This document shows positions 26,056 through 37,871 of a DNA stretch of 64,000 nucleotides, piece by piece. Source of the stretch: Neoechinorhynchus agilis. Lineage: Eukaryota > Animalia > Acanthocephala. The notes under the pieces were generated by a model, which saw nothing but the letters and a program-made list of their open reading frames with translations, was not told the DNA's origin and made no database searches. Position numbers and translations under genes: made by a program. The stretch's first letter is position 1. Every line of letters begins with the position of its first letter. The DNA lies in assembly GCA_051530055.1 (NCBI GenBank), contig CM121342.1, positions 6,013,489 through 6,077,488 of the forward strand. Reading direction: 5' to 3'.

Positions 26056-27930
26056 TTACACTCGCACTTTGAACGGTCAAGGCTGAAAATATCTAGAATA
26101 CAAAGAGTTTAGAATTCAAACGTTTAAAAGAACTCAAAATCTCCTAGGATATTTCCTCGGGCAAAAGAAATAATGTGTAAAAAAGGATTCTTAACGAATT
26201 AGCCCGGTGGTTAGGTGTAGAAAAGTTTAAAAGTGGGCAATTTTTGGTCAGCTGACGAGAGATAAACAATTAAAGAGCAAAGTAAACAACCAGCGATTTT
26301 TAGGGACTGATTTGGAATGGGAAAAGGAGCTCGTGAACTCGCCATGAGAACAAACTCGAGCCATTTACACTCGCACTTTGAACGGTCAAGGCTGAAAATA
26401 TCTAGAATACAAAGAGTTTAGAATTCAAACGTTTAAAAGAACTCAAAATCTCCTAGGATATTTCCTCGGGCAAAAGAAATAATGTGTAAAAAAGGATTCT
26501 TAACGAATTAGCCCGGTGGTTAGGTGTAGAAAAGTTTAAAAGTGGGCAATGTTTGGTCAGCTGACGAGAGATAAACAATTAAAGAGCAAAGTAAACAACC
26601 AGCGATTTTTAGGGACTGATTTGGAATGGGAAAAGGAGCTCGTGAACTCGCCATGAGAACAAACTCGAGCCATTTACACTCGCACTTTGAACGGTCAAGG
26701 CTGAAAATATCTAGAATACAAAGAGTTTAGAATTCAAACGTTTAAAAGAACTCAAAATCTCCTAGGATATTTCCTCGGGCAAAAGAAATAATGTGTAAAA
26801 AAGGATTCTTAACGAATTAGCCCGGTGGTTAGGTGTAGAAAAGTTTAAAAGTGGGCAATGTTTGGTCAGCTGACGAGAGATAAACAATTAAAGAGCAAAG
26901 TAAACAACCAGCGATTTTTAGGGACTGATTTGGAATGGGAAAAGGAGCTCGTGAACTCGCCATGAGAACAAACTCGAGCCATTTACACTCGCACTTTGAA
27001 CGGTCAAGGCTGAAAATATCTAGAATACAAAGAGTTTAGAATTCAAACGTTTAAAAGAACTCAAAATCTCCTAGGATATTTCCTCGGGCAAAAGAAATAA
27101 TGTGTAAAAAAGGATTCTTAACGAATTAGCCCGGTGGTTAGGTGTAGAAAAGTTTAAAAGTGGGCAATGTTTGGTCAGCTGACGAGAGATAAACAATTAA
27201 AGAGCAAAGTAAACAACCAGCGATTTTTAGGGACTGATTTGGAATGGGAAAAGGAGCTCGTGAACTCGCCATGAGAACAAACTCGAGCCATTTACTCTCG
27301 CACTTTGAACGGTCAAGGCTGAAAATATCTAGAATACAAAGAGTTTAGAATTCAAACGTTTAAAAGAACTCAAAATCTCCTAGGATATTTCCTCGGGCAA
27401 AAGAAATAATGTGTAAAAAAGGATTCTTAACGAATTAGCCCGGTGGTTAGGTGTAGAAAAGTTTAAAAGTGGGCAATGTTTGGTCAGCTGACGAGAGATA
27501 AACAATTAAAGAGCAAAGTAAACAACCAGCGATTTTTAGGGACTGATTTGGAATGGGAAAAGGAGCTCGTGAACTCGCCATGAGAACAAACTCGAGCCAT
27601 TTACACTCGCACTTTGAACGGTCAAGGCTGAAAATATCTAGAATACAAAGAGTTTAGAATTCAAACGTTTAAAAGAACTCAAAATCTCCTAGGATATTTC
27701 CTCGGGCAAAAGAAATAATGTGTAAAAAAGGATTCTTAACGAATTAGCCCGGTGGTTAGGTGTAGAAAAGTTTAAAAGTGGGCAATGTTTGGTCAGCTGA
27801 CGAGAGAAAAACAATTAAAGAGCAAAGTAAACAACCAGCGATTTTTAGGGACTGATTTGGAATGGGAAAAGGAGCTCGTGAACTCGCCATGAGAAAAACT
27901 CGAGCCATTTACACTCGCACTTTGAACGGT
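26002..27930. repeat. Tandem array, 309-bp unit, about 6.2 copies, overlapping the TAOK 5' end
   Basis: ctcgtgaactc at 26021, 26330, 26639, 26948, 27257, 27566 and 27875. Confidence 0.97.
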
Positions 27931-29147
27931 TGGATTAGTAGTCAAAGCAACGAAAGCCATTTTTAAAGAGAGTGATCGTATTTCCACAATGTGGATAAAG
28001 CTATATTTTCACTCTCGGATTCCTTGATGAAATTTGACGATTCTTGAGAGGGTTAGAGACTTAAGCGCCGAGAAACCTTCAGAATGCGTTTTTCCTGGAG
28101 GGATTACGATATGAAGAGAGCATTCGCGTAAACCAGAGTGCCGTTGATTGGTTTATGTCTCCTGACAATCCTTAATACATTCCCATTGGATCGACAGTTT
28201 CAAGAACGGGGGGTAAATATTCTTTTAAATTTGAACCGAAGATCATTAAGTCATCCTTAAGAATGGATTTGAAAACTTGGACAAAACAAGTGAACATTTT
28301 GTATGAGATATTTTTTGTAGAAATCGCTTAGGAAATTGCGGATTTTTCGCTCGTATAGCGACATAAAAGATCTTTATAAGAAAGCATCGACGGTATAGAG
28401 TCTTATTTCTTATGGCCCATAAACATAAATTAGCCCTTATTCTCCGAATTACTTTTATTTTCGATTTCATTCCTGACAGTTTTAAAATGTAACGAGGAAT
28501 AAGCAACTGACGATTCGTTAAATCTTCTTAACGCAAACGGAAAATTAAACTAAATCAGAGGCACCATTTTAAAATACGTTTGACCGGTTTTTCTAATTGG
28601 GTGGAAGCTTCTAGAAAGTGGAGGAAGCCGTCGAAAGATTAACTTTGTTGCGTATTTTCTAAACAGTTTTTCTCTTCAACAGTCGTGAGTCAAGACGGTT
28701 TCGTTTCAATATTAAATAACCGAAACAAATTGGATTATAATAAATTGGAACGGAAATTCCACATTAACGAAACGGTACTAGAAATAGAAAATATGGCTCG
28801 TGGATAAAAAAACGAGAGATAAGAATGTTCAAATTTACCTATGAGAATCTATTGAGGTTCATAGCTCGAAAGAGCCGTGATGACACAGAAAAAAAAGGAA
28901 ATGAACATTTTAACTCCTGAGTCAGTCACACTTTGTAAACTCATGATAAAGATTCTTGCGAAAATCTAGGACAAACATAAGAAAATCCTTAGGGATGATT
29001 CTAAAGGATAAAAGATTTGTTTTGAAATATTTCGAAAGAGCAATCCCGACGGTGGTTTCCTCTCTTTTGGAATATTTCGCGAATAATAAAATGATTTTTA
29101 AACGACAAAAGTCAAAATTGTAAAGAAATTAATCATTATTGTTTCAA

Positions 29148-29288
29148 TTTCAATTAGCGATATTCACTCAGAGATAGATTTATATTGAAATTTTTCGGCC
29201 TTTTCGTTGGCCTTCTTCAGTCAGATTGCTTGTAAGTTTTTAAATTTTCAATATAAATCTATTTCTGAGTGAATATCGCTAATTGAAA
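29148..29288. repeat. Inverted repeat, about 43-bp arms, one mismatch
   Basis: ttcaattagcgatattcactcagagatagatttatattgaaa and its reverse complement about 55 nt downstream. Confidence 0.9.
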
Positions 29289-30740
29289 AAGTCAAAATTT
29301 AGCATCTCAACGATACGGATTTTCTCTTGTTGATAATATCTTAATTTTTTTGTGGCAAAACGTTCCGAAAACAATGATTGATGAAGCGAAACATTTCCAA
29401 CAAATTGAAATCATTTCCGTCAAAAGTATAAACTTTGACTTAGCCGAAGGATTTTCTCTGTCGATGATAAAGAAATATTTTGAAGAATCAAGAAGACCAG
29501 TCAACAACGGCCGAAAAAATGACTATTAAAACAAAAGATAAATCTCAGATTTTAGAAGTTCCCTCAAATGAAGAGATCAATCTTTACGTTAAGAATGAAA
29601 ACTTCTTTTTTCATAAGCAAAATGGGCCATACTTTTTGTTAGCTTGTCAAGCAATTCGTTCCAAGAATGCCAGCAACTTTCCTAGTTTCGTACTGTGAAG
29701 ATAAAAAGCAAAAACATTTTGGCCTGTTATTTGGATAACAAAAACATAAAAACCCAGTAAGAAGTGATGCGAAAACTCGAGGTATTAAAAAATTCGGGAA
29801 TTGAAATGTCTGTTTAAAACGTTTTCTGATTGGCTAAAATTTTGATTAATTTTCTTTAATTATTGGACCTTGTGGTTTAAATTTAACGAGATCAAAGCGC
29901 ATCAGAAAAAAAAGAAACTAAAGTAGATTTCGTTGAACAGAGAACAAAAAATTTTAGTTTTCTTTTAAATTAGTAAAAATTTATAACTAAAGAGGCGAAA
30001 ACAACAAAAACACAAATTAGTATTTCAATCTTTAAAGCCAGAAAAAAATGTTTTTCGGCGCAAAAAGAATGAAACAACTAATTTTCTCCAAATTTCAACC
30101 AATTAGATTAATTCGTGCGCGTTTTTCGAATACTAACAAGAAAATCATTATGAAACAAAAATCCTTCAGGAAACTCTTGAGTCATAAAAATAATTTTAGA
30201 TATTGAATAAAATAAGGCAAAGAAAACACCATACAAATTTTTCAATCTGACGATTAGCAATTTGGATACAAATAAAAAGAAAACAGTGAATGTTGATTCT
30301 TTTTTCTTTAACTATGTTCTAAAATCTAAAAATTTGTGTTAAAGAAACGCTGTGAGCGATTTTAACCAGTTCTATTAGACAATTAAAGCATTACTCGAAA
30401 AAAAAGATAGAATTCCAATTTCCCACTGAAATAAGAACTAAAAAAATCAAAGAATTATTCCAACAGACCAAAATGAGAACATTCAATTTGATCGTGTCAA
30501 TATTCGACTAAATTTTGAAGTTGGAAGAAGAGAGGTTTGTTGATTATACGCAGGCGCGGTGTTACTGCGAAATAAAAGAATGTTTTCGTTGGATTAAAAG
30601 TAGCTTTTCTCGGATTGATTCGTGATGATCGATTTTTTCCAATATCTCTCCTCAAAGATAGTAACCGATTTGGTCGTTGAAAAGTGAAACGGATTGTAGA
30701 AGTGGCGTAACGGATAAGAAGAAAGTGTCGAATGGACTAA

Positions 30741-33700
30741 ATTCGGTTCGAACCTTTAAGCAAAAATCTAACCGGAAAATGTCTTCGAGTTTTTAGACTG
30801 GCAAACTTTAGATTGTCTTTTATTATTCGATCAAATATTCGTTTTAGCCATCAGAACGATTGCTGAAACATTGGAAAGACTATTGATTTCCTGTATTTCT
30901 TTTTCTAGATTGAAACATTCGAGAGACTATTGATTTCCTGTATTTCTTTTTCTAGATTCGTAAAAGTCACTTGAGAAAGAAGCTCAAATTGGAAGTTTTT
31001 TAACATATTCGACAGTTTCGGAATTCCCAGAGCATTTCCTTAAATCGCAATTTGTCGTATCTCTCAAGAAAGTGGATTTAAGAAAAGATAAATTTTTAAT
31101 TTTCCAACGATAAATATTTATTAGGTTTTTTAGCTTTAAAAAATACAATAAATTCTCCTCGAATTCGGTTCGAACCTTTAAGCAAAATCTAACCGGAAAA
31201 TGTCTTTGAATTTTTAGAGGCAAACTTTAGATTGTCTTTTATTATTCGATCAAATATTCGTTTTAGCCATCAGAACGATTGCTGAAACATTGGAAAGACT
31301 ATTGATTTCCTGTATTTCTTTTTCTAGATTCGTAAAAGTCACTTGAGAAAGAAGCTCAAATTGGAAGTTTTTTAACATATTCGACAGTTTCGGAATTCCC
31401 AGAGCATTTCCTTAAATCGCAATTTTTAATTTTCCAACGATAAATATTTATTAGGTTTTTTAGCTTTAAAAAATACAATAAATTCTCCTCGAATTCGGTT
31501 CGAACCTTTAAGCAAAAATCTGACCGGAAAATGTCTTTGAATTTTTAGAGGCAAACTTTAGATTGTCTTTTATTATTCGATCAAATATTCGTTTTAGCCA
31601 TCAGAACGATTGCTGAAACATTCGAGAGACTATTGATTTCCTGCATTTCTTTTTCTAGATTGAAACATTCGAGAGACTATTGATTTCCTGTATTTCTTTT
31701 TCTAGATTCGTAAAAGTCACTTGAGAAAGAAGCTCAAATTGGAAGTTTTTTAACATATTCGACAGTTTCGGAATTCCCAGAGCATTTCCTTAAATCGCAA
31801 TTTGTCGTATCTCTCAAGAAAGTGGATTTAAGAAAAGATAAATTTTTAATTTTCCAACGATAAATATTTATTAGGTTTTTTAGCTTTAAAAAATACAATA
31901 AATTCTCCTCGAATTCGGTTCGAACCTTTAAGCAAAATTCTAACAGGAAAATATCTTTGAATTTTTTTAAGAAGGACAAACTTTAGATTGTCTTTTATTA
32001 TTCGATCAAATATTCGTTTTAGCCATCAGAACGATTGCTGAAACATTCGAGAGACTATTGATTTCCTGCATTTCTTTTTCTAGATTCGTAAAAGTCACTT
32101 GAGAAAGAAGCTCAAATTGGAAGTTTTTAACATATTCGACAGTTTCGGAATTCCCAGAGCATTTCCTTAAATCGCAATTTGTCGTATCTCTCAAGAAAGT
32201 GGATTTAAGAAAAGATAAATTTTTAATTTTCCAACGATAAATATTTATTAGGTTTTTTAGCTTTAAAAAATACAATAAATTCTCCTCGAATTCGGTTCGA
32301 ACCTTTAAGCAAAAATCTAACAGGAAAATGTCTTTGAATTTTTTTAGGACAAACTTTAGATTGTCTTTTATTATTCGATCAAATATTCGTTTTAGCCATC
32401 AGAACGATTGCTGAAACATTGGAAAGACTATTGATTTCCTGCATTTCTTTTTCTAGATTGAAACATTCGAGAGACTATTGATTTCCTGTATTTCTTTTTC
32501 TAGATTCGTAAAAGTCACTTGAGAAAGAAGCTCAAATTGGAAGTTTTTTTAACATATTCGACAGTTTCGGAATTCCCAGAGCATTTCCTTAAATCGCAAT
32601 TTGTCGTATCTCTCAAGAAAGTGGATTTAAGAAAAGATAAATTTTTAATTTTCCAACGATAAATATTTATTAGGTTTTTTAGCTTTAAAAAATACAATAA
32701 ATTCTCCTCGAATTCGGTTCGAACCTTTAAGCAAAAATCTAACCGGAAAATGTCTTTGAATTTTTTTAGAGGACAAACTTTAGATTGTCTTTTATTATTC
32801 GATCAAATATTCGTTTTAGCCATCAGAACGATTGCTGAAACATTCGAGAGACTATTGATTTCCTGCATTTCTTTTTCTAGATTGAAACATTCGAGAGACT
32901 ATTGATTTCCTGTATTTCTTTTTCTAGATTCGTAAAAGTCACTTGAGAAAGAAGCTCAAATTGGAAGTTTTTAACATATTCGACAGTTTCGGAATTCCCA
33001 GAGCATTTCCTTAAATCGCAATTTGTCGTATCTCTCAAGAAAGTGGATTTAAGAAAAGATAAATTTTTAATTTTCCAACGATAAATATTTATTAGGTTTT
33101 TTAGCTTTAAAAAATACAATAAATTCTCCTCGAATTCGGTTCGAACCTTTAAGCAAAAATCTGACCGGAAAATGTCTTTGAATTTTTTTAGGACAAACTT
33201 TAGATTGTCTTTTATTATTCGATCAAATATTCGTTTTAGCCATCAGAACGATTGCTGAAACATTGGAAAGACTATTGATTTCCTGCATTTCTTTTTCTAG
33301 ATTGAAACATTCGAGAGACTATTGATTTCCTGTATTTCTTTTTCTAGATTCGTAAAAGTCACTTGAGAAAGACGTTCAAATTGATTGTTTTTTTAACAAA
33401 TTTGACATTTTAGAAATTTCCAGAGCATTTCCTTAAATCGCAATTTTTAATTTTCCAACGATAAATATTTATTCGATTTTTTAGCTTAAAAAAATACAAT
33501 AAATTCTCATTCAATTCGGTTCGAACTTTTAAGCAAAAATCTAACAGGAAAATGTCTTTAAATTTTTTTAGAAGGACAAACTTTAGATTGTCTTTTATTA
33601 TTCGATCAAATATTCGTTTTAGCCATCAGAACGATTGCTGAAACATTGGAAAGACTATTGATTTCCTGTATTTCTTTTTCTAGATTGAAACATTCGAGAG

Positions 33701-34320
33701 ACTATTGATTTCCTGTATTTCTTTTTCTAGATTCGTAAAAGTCACTTGAGAAAGAAGCTCAAATTGGAAGTTTTTTAACATATTCGACAGTTTCGGAATT
33801 CCCAGAGCATTTCCTTAAATCGCAATTTGTCGTATCTCTCAAGAAAGTGGATTTAAGAAAAGTTAAATTTTTAATTTTCCAACGATAAATATTTATTAGG
33901 TTTTTTAGCTTTAAAAAATACAATAAACTCTCGTCCAATTCGGTTTGGAACCTTTAAGCAAAATTCTAACGGGAAAATATCTTTGATTTTTTTTAAGAAG
34001 GACAAACTTTAGATTGTCTTTTATTATTCGATCAAATATTCGTTTTAGCCATCAGAACGACTGCTGAAACATTGGAAAGACTATTGATTTCCTGTATTTC
34101 TTTTTCTAGATTGAAACATTCGAGAGACTATTGATTTCCTGTATTTCTTTTTCTAGATTCGTAAAAGTCAGTTGAAAAATACTTTCAAATCCGACGTTTT
34201 TTTAACAAATTCGACAGTTTCGGAATTCCCAGAGCATTTCCTTAAATCGCAATTTGTCGTATCTCTCAAGAAAGTGGATTTAAGAAAAGATAAATTTTTA
34301 ATTCTCCTGCAATAAATATT
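30741..34320. repeat. Tandem array, about 330-420 bp variable unit with internal subrepeat, about 9 copies
   Basis: aattcggttcgaacctttaagc recurs from about 30741 to about 33936; the subrepeat gactattgatttcctgtatttctttttctagatt occurs once or twice per unit. Confidence 0.95.
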
Positions 34321-35116
34321 TATTAGTTGTGTTTAATGTTTTTAATATCTTAACCCTCAAAGTTTCGATGGAAACTTACTAACACATCTCACTGATTCTC
34401 CGATATAAATAGTTTTGTTTCTGCTACCAACCATTTTCTAACATTTGTTGAGAATATTGCGATGTTTGGTCCGACGGCACCAATTTTCTCAATTGCGAGA
34501 AGTTTTAAAAGGTAAATCGACGGATCTAAGCATTTGCATTTCTCCTTTTTTTTGTATCCATTCAGTCATTTTGCCGGCTTTTGAAACTACTTAAAAAATA
34601 CAATAAATTCTCATCGAATTCGGTTCGTTTTTTCAATTATTCAATCTCAAAAAAATCACATTCTGAAGTTATAACTCTTTTTTTGTGTCATTCAATTGTT
34701 TTTTTATCGTTTATTAAGAACTTTAAACCATCTTTAATGAACGATTTTGAAAGTTTCGTTTTTTATAAAGAATTAATCAACAAGAAGCGATTTTCAGTGA
34801 TGATTTGTACAAGTTTTTCTTAATGCAGCTCTAAATCGTTATCATTTTAACCGTTTAGTATTATTTCCTAAGGTTCAAACTTGAGTTTCGTCTCTAGATC
34901 ACAATTGGGATTGCTATGTTTTTGAAAATGATACTAGAAATCAATAAGCATTATTTTAGGCGTTTATAAAATCACGTATTCTTTGTTTTACATTGAAATA
35001 TAATTCGTTAAAGCAGATTTAACTAAAAATATCTCTCAATTTCACATGAGTTTGCTTCCTCTACCTCTGATAATCAATATCATAATCGTTTTGAAAAGAT
35101 AATTCATTGTTATTTT

Positions 35117-35233
35117 TCGATAGGAGAAAAAAAATGAAATTAAGAATTTGATATTTCGATCCACTATCTCGGATCTTCTTCAGTGATCGAAATATCCAAT
35201 AAAATCTTAATTTCATTTATTTTCTCCTATCGA
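35117..35233. repeat. Imperfect inverted repeat, about 45-bp arms
   Basis: tcgataggagaaaa...atttcgatc paired with gatcgaaatat...ttctcctatcga. Confidence 0.8.
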
Positions 35234-36040
35234 CAAATACCGTAATGGATGCAAATGATTTCTTCAAACGGAAGTAGATTATGGAGTCGAATGGTTCTCA
35301 TTAATGCGGCATTATCGAAGTATAAAATCGTTGCAGAATCGAACTTGGCAACGATTTAATACGAAGTTGCGTCCTTGATCAATTATTAATTAGTTGAATT
35401 TCGGATTAGCAGCGACAAATCTAGTTTTGACTTTTGATTTTATTGTTCTGAAATATTTCGAAAGGGAGGAAACCTCTTCTTATCGACCATCTAAAAAGGT
35501 TTTGGCTATTGTTATTTATATCTAACCGTAAACCATCGTAAGTTTAAAAAAGATTCAATTTCATACTTTTGAAAAAGTTAATTCAAGATTTATACGAAAA
35601 AGAACCAATTCGTTAAGATTAAAAATGTTTCCTCGAAAGCGTCGCGGATTTTCTAAGACGGAAAAAGTGCTTTTTTATAACGAAATTCTAATCGCACACA
35701 AATCTGTTTCACAGCTTTCAATGTAAAATAAATTTGTTGTTTTAGTCTTTGACGGTAGAGAGCTTCAAAGACGTTTCCAACCTCGATACTCAAAGGAACT
35801 TGACGAGGTTCGATAGGTTTTCTACCAGGCGAAGACAAAAACAACAAATTTGACATTAAAATTAGATATGATTTCATCTTTTTTTTAAAAAAAACGTCGC
35901 CTTTTAATTCTCCGCTTTTTTAAACAATTTATTTCTGTATCTTTTAAAGATTATCAGACTTTCTGTTTAGTTCAAAGCATCTCGAAAAACCTACTAGAAA
36001 AAGGTATAAGGATAAACATTCTTGTAAGAAAAATTAAATC

Positions 36041-36112
36041 ATGCTGGTATCACCTTATAAAACTATTCGGCAGAATGTTCTAGCTCAATTAGCTCAAATA
36101 TTCGCTTGTTAT
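36041..36112 (+). pseudogene. Orphan SEC24C/D coding fragment without evident splice sites
   Basis: MLVSPYKTIRQNVLAQLAQIFACY resembles the SEC24C segment SPVKAVRDTLITQCAQILACY (from memory) and is continued by RTSCPNPGSSTHLVLPESLKLLP at 37872. Confidence 0.55.
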
Positions 36113-37014
36113 ATTGATGGGGAATCTCTATCCTCTTTTACGTGGTGGTCGTAAGGAAAATATTTCACAAGTTTGTCACAGGAAATCAAGTGCGATCGGA
36201 CGAAATATTTCATATCATTCGTTAACTATTAGCTTTTTTCTCAAACATTTTGATGAAGATTGGTCAGCCGGTAACTTATATCAATGTGTGGTGACCTTTT
36301 ATCGTACGGCAGATAATTTTTCGGGCACACAACTTAAAGATCTGGTTCAGGAAAGCCAATAAAATCAATTAATATCGATGAATCATCCCTCAAAAGAGTT
36401 TGTACATTCCGCAGGTTGTTGGGGGATGGGACTCGAGTGAGTTTCCTCCTCCCATCAACGAGATATTTCGCCCCTTTTGATTGTTCTCCCTTTGTCGGTA
36501 ACGGATTCGAACCATTTGACCCAACAAACTGAGATCAAGAGGATTAATCCACTTCACCACCTCATCAGGAAAACTACGGAATGTACAAACTCAGCCAGTT
36601 TTTTATTTTAATTCCAGGCCACTGAATTTTTTTTCCTTTTGGTACACAACCCACCGATCTGGTTCAGGGAAGCCAATAAAATCAATTAATATCGATGAAT
36701 CATCCCGCAAAAGAGTTTGTACATTCCGCAATGGGACTCAATCAGTGAGTTTCCTCCTCCCATCAACGAGATATTTCGCCCCTTTTGATTGCTCTCCCTT
36801 TGGCGGTAACGGATTCGAACCATTTGACCCAACAAACTGGATCAAGAGGATTAATCCACTTCACCACCTCATCAGAAAACTACGGAATGTACAAACTCAG
36901 CAAGTTTTTTATTTTAATTCCAGGCCACTGAATTTTTTTTCCTTTTGGTACACAACCCACCGATCTGGTTCAGGGAAGCCAATAAAATCAATTAATATCG
37001 ATCAATCATCCCGC

Positions 37015-37018
37015 AAAA
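37015..37018 (-). terminator. Putative Pol III T4 terminator of unit 3
   Basis: First run of four T on the minus strand downstream of the A/B boxes, about 185 nt from the predicted start. Confidence 0.45.
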
Positions 37019-37041
37019 GAGTTTGTACATTCCGCAGGATC

Positions 37042-37113
37042 CTCAGATACCTCCCGGGGAGGATGGGACTCATCAGTGAGTTTCCTCCTCCCTTCAACGA
37101 GATATTTCGTCCC
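37042..37113 (-). ncRNA. Hammerhead ribozyme, complete core, strands in non-canonical order (array unit 3)
   Basis: GGGAC-GAAA-UAUCUC..CUCA-CUGAUGA-GUCCC..GAGGUAU-C-UGAG. Stem II 5 bp, stem III 7 bp, stem I 4 bp. AUC triplet with C17 at 37046. Confidence 0.7.
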
Positions 37114-37127
37114 TTTTGATTGCTCTC

Positions 37128-37201
37128 TGGCGGTAACGGATTCGAACCACTTGACCCAACAAACTGAGATCAAGAGGATTAATCCACTTCACCACCTCAT
37201 C
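37128..37201 (-). promoter_or_regulatory. tRNA-like Pol III internal promoter (A box and B box); further copies at 36493-36566 and 36801-36873
   Basis: Minus strand reads GATGAGG-TGGTGAAGTGG (A box)...GGTTCGAATCC (B box), 45 nt start to start, with a T-arm-like stem around TTCGAAT. There is no proper cloverleaf. Confidence 0.65.
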
Positions 37202-37424
37202 AGGAAAACTACGGAATGTACAAACTCAGCCAGTTTTTTATTGAATTTTGGAGACTGGTCAGCCATTAGCTTTTATTAAGTATCAATGTGTGGTGACCTT
37301 TTATCACACAAACGGCTGATAATGTTTCGGGCACACAGCTTAAAGATCTGGTTCAGGGAAGCCAATAAAATCAATTAATATCGATCAATCATCCCGCAAA
37401 AGAGTTTGTACATTCCGCAGGATC

Positions 37425-37498
37425 CTCAGATACCTCCCGGGGAGGAAATGGGACTCATCAGTGAGTTTCCTCCTCCCTTCAACGAGATATTTCGTCCC
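37425..37498 (-). ncRNA. Hammerhead ribozyme, second intact copy (array unit 4)
   Basis: Same three segments; C17 at 37429; linker AUUUCCUCCCCGG. Confidence 0.7.
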
Positions 37499-37557
37499 TT
37501 TTGATTGCTCTCCCTTTGGCGGTAACGGATTCGAACCACTTGACCCTTAATCGGGAA

Positions 37558-37667
37558 GTCCCATTTCCTCCCCGGGAGGTATCTGAGGATCCTGCGGAAT
37601 GTAAAAACTCTTTTACGGGATTATTCATCGATATTAATTGATTTTATTCGCTTCCCTGAACCGGATC
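37558..37667. repeat. Inverted partial copy of the array unit (pairs with 37345-37454)
   Basis: gtcccatttcctccccgggaggtatctgaggatcc...ccggatc is the reverse complement of unit 4, with a few mismatches. Confidence 0.9.
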
Positions 37668-37871
37668 GGTGTGCCCTAAAATAAACAGCAGTGAGATAAA
37701 AGGCATGTTTGATTTGAAATCAGTTAACAATTTTTTTATGGATGGTCACATCGATCCGGTTAAATTCTAAAGGTCGGTAGCGTAATATGTAAACAAAATC
37801 CGAGGGACTTCTATTAAACTCTACATTTTATCCGGTTTAAACTGCAAAAAAGGAGAGATTCTCATCGTTAG

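Larger units (their letters stand above)
36260..37547. repeat. Tandem array of about 4 units (308-389 bp) of a tRNA-headed, hammerhead-bearing element
   Basis: ggattcgaacc at 36503, 36811, 37138 and 37527; units differ by internal deletions. Confidence 0.9.

Noticed and set aside
26002-27930. CTGACGAG in the 309-bp unit as a hammerhead core
   Set aside because: No matching stem II followed by GAAA in the unit.
28000-30700. Scattered exon-like pieces (for example 29480-29740) and a candidate exon at 34411-34511
   Set aside because: Splice-compatible but no recognisable homology or coherent gene model could be built.
30984-33119. Repeated 60-89 aa minus-strand ORFs
   Set aside because: Products of AT-rich satellite units with no coding signature; the same applies to ORFs in the 46-50 kb and 59-60 kb arrays.
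36493-37201. Functional tRNA genes in the array
   Set aside because: A and B boxes and a T-arm are present, but the D-arm, anticodon arm and acceptor stem do not form a canonical cloverleaf.
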